A stretch of DNA of 64,000 nt from positions 3,136,001-3,200,000 of the forward strand of contig CAXXMD010000003.1 of the NCBI GenBank assembly GCA_963675755.2. Direction: 5' to 3'. Every line of letters starts with the position of its first letter. Within the stretch, counting starts at the first letter, position 1. The notes beneath the pieces are model-generated. The model saw only the letters and a program-made list of their open reading frames with translations, was not told the DNA's origin and made no database searches. The translations under genes were made by a program, and so were the position numbers. This DNA comes from a bacterium (lineage in GTDB: Bacteria > Zhuqueibacterota > Zhuqueibacteria > Residuimicrobiales > Krinioviventaceae). Positions 63,315 through 64,000 of the stretch are shown here, piece by piece.

Positions 63315-63974
63315 TTATAGGATTTGCATTTGATCGGCAGGATATTGCTGCAGTAGTTTGAATGCTTCATCTGGTGATGTAGTTTTACTCAACCAAATGT
63401 CCTGATCGTTGTCTTTGAGTATGACCGGCATTCGGGTATGAGGGATTTGTAGCAATGTTTCATTGGCTTCAATGGTAATCAAGGTGCAGGAAAAGATTTG
63501 ATCATTACCCGGTAATGTGCAAATATCCCACAAAGCTGCAAAAGAAAATATTTCCTGATCTAATAATTGAATACGTTTTTCAACTCTTTTTTGATCTTTG
63601 GGGGCCAGTTTTTTATCCGGCCACTCAAAGAATGAAGTTGCGGGGATAATGCATCTTTGTCCCTTTTTCCAAGCGGATTTATAAGAAGCTTTTTCTGTCA
63701 GCGTTTCATAGCGGGCATTAAAGGTGCTAAATTTTTTTTCTTTTAGGGGTTTGTTCCACCATGAAGGAATAATGTCCCAGCGAAAGAGGTTAATCTTACG
63801 GACACCATTGTCTTCCAGAATAACAGGTACTTTTGATTGGCTTTCGCCCCGTGCGGGAAAGAAATCCTGCGTGCTAAAGAGCTTGTCTAATTCTTCGGGA
63901 GGAATGTGTTCCAGTCCATATTTTTCAACAAGGTTTTTGAGCCTCATATAGTTTATGGCAAAATGACCACACAT
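63315..63974 (-). CDS. SRAP (SOS response-associated peptidase/abasic-site protecting, YedK/HMCES family)
   Basis: MCGHF N-terminus, FNARYE, RCIIPATSFFEW, HTRMPVIL. Confidence 0.9.
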   Translation of the reverse strand: MCGHFAINYMRLKNLVEKYGLEHIPPEELDKLFSTQDFFPARGESQSKVPVILEDNGVRKINLFRWDIIPSWWNKPLKEKKFSTFNARYETLTEKASYKSAWKKGQRCIIPATSFFEWPDKKLAPKDQKRVEKRIQLLDQEIFSFAALWDICTLPGNDQIFSCTLITIEANETLLQIPHTRMPVILKDNDQDIWLSKTTSPDEAFKLLQQYPADQMQIL

Positions 63975-64000
63975 TTAAAAATCCTTTTGTTAGGTTATCC

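Noticed and set aside
63963-63974. SRAP N-terminus MCGHF instead of the usual MCGRF
   Set aside because: Catalytic Cys2, Glu and His motifs are intact. One substitution is not enough to claim altered function or a link to the convergent cytochrome operon.

Overview
AT-rich bacterial chromosomal window. Four secreted proteins end in a FlgD-Ig/'NYPNPFNP' sorting domain, which suggests an FCB-group organism such as KSB1 or Calditrichota (inference). Most of the window encodes secreted or polysaccharide-active proteins: GH97, M1 peptidase, a GH63-like protein, a 2582-aa multi-catalytic CAZyme, GH92, GH106, a GxGYxYP protein, an esterase and an epimerase. It also has two ECF sigma/anti-sigma pairs, a hybrid sensor kinase, a PadR module and dispersed REP-like palindromes. 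The standout is 58.4-63.3 kb. The ORF track splits one gene at an in-frame TGA (58916-58918, context GEG-*-GGEV) that is followed by a SECIS-like hairpin. Read through, it gives a probable selenocysteine-containing 11-heme lipoprotein cytochrome c. It heads a sigma-54-type operon with a double-rhodanese lipoprotein, a beta-barrel porin and a 12-heme cytochrome, a candidate trans-outer-membrane sulfur/selenium redox conduit. Also notable: a tandem gene duplication with near-identical flanks but a diverged core, a frameshifted secreted protein, a candidate ~100-nt sRNA, an SGNH domain inserted inside an IPT domain, and a GH63-like protein lacking its catalytic Asp. No rRNA, tRNA, CRISPR array or transposase was recognised. 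All domain calls come from reading motifs by eye; no database searches were run.
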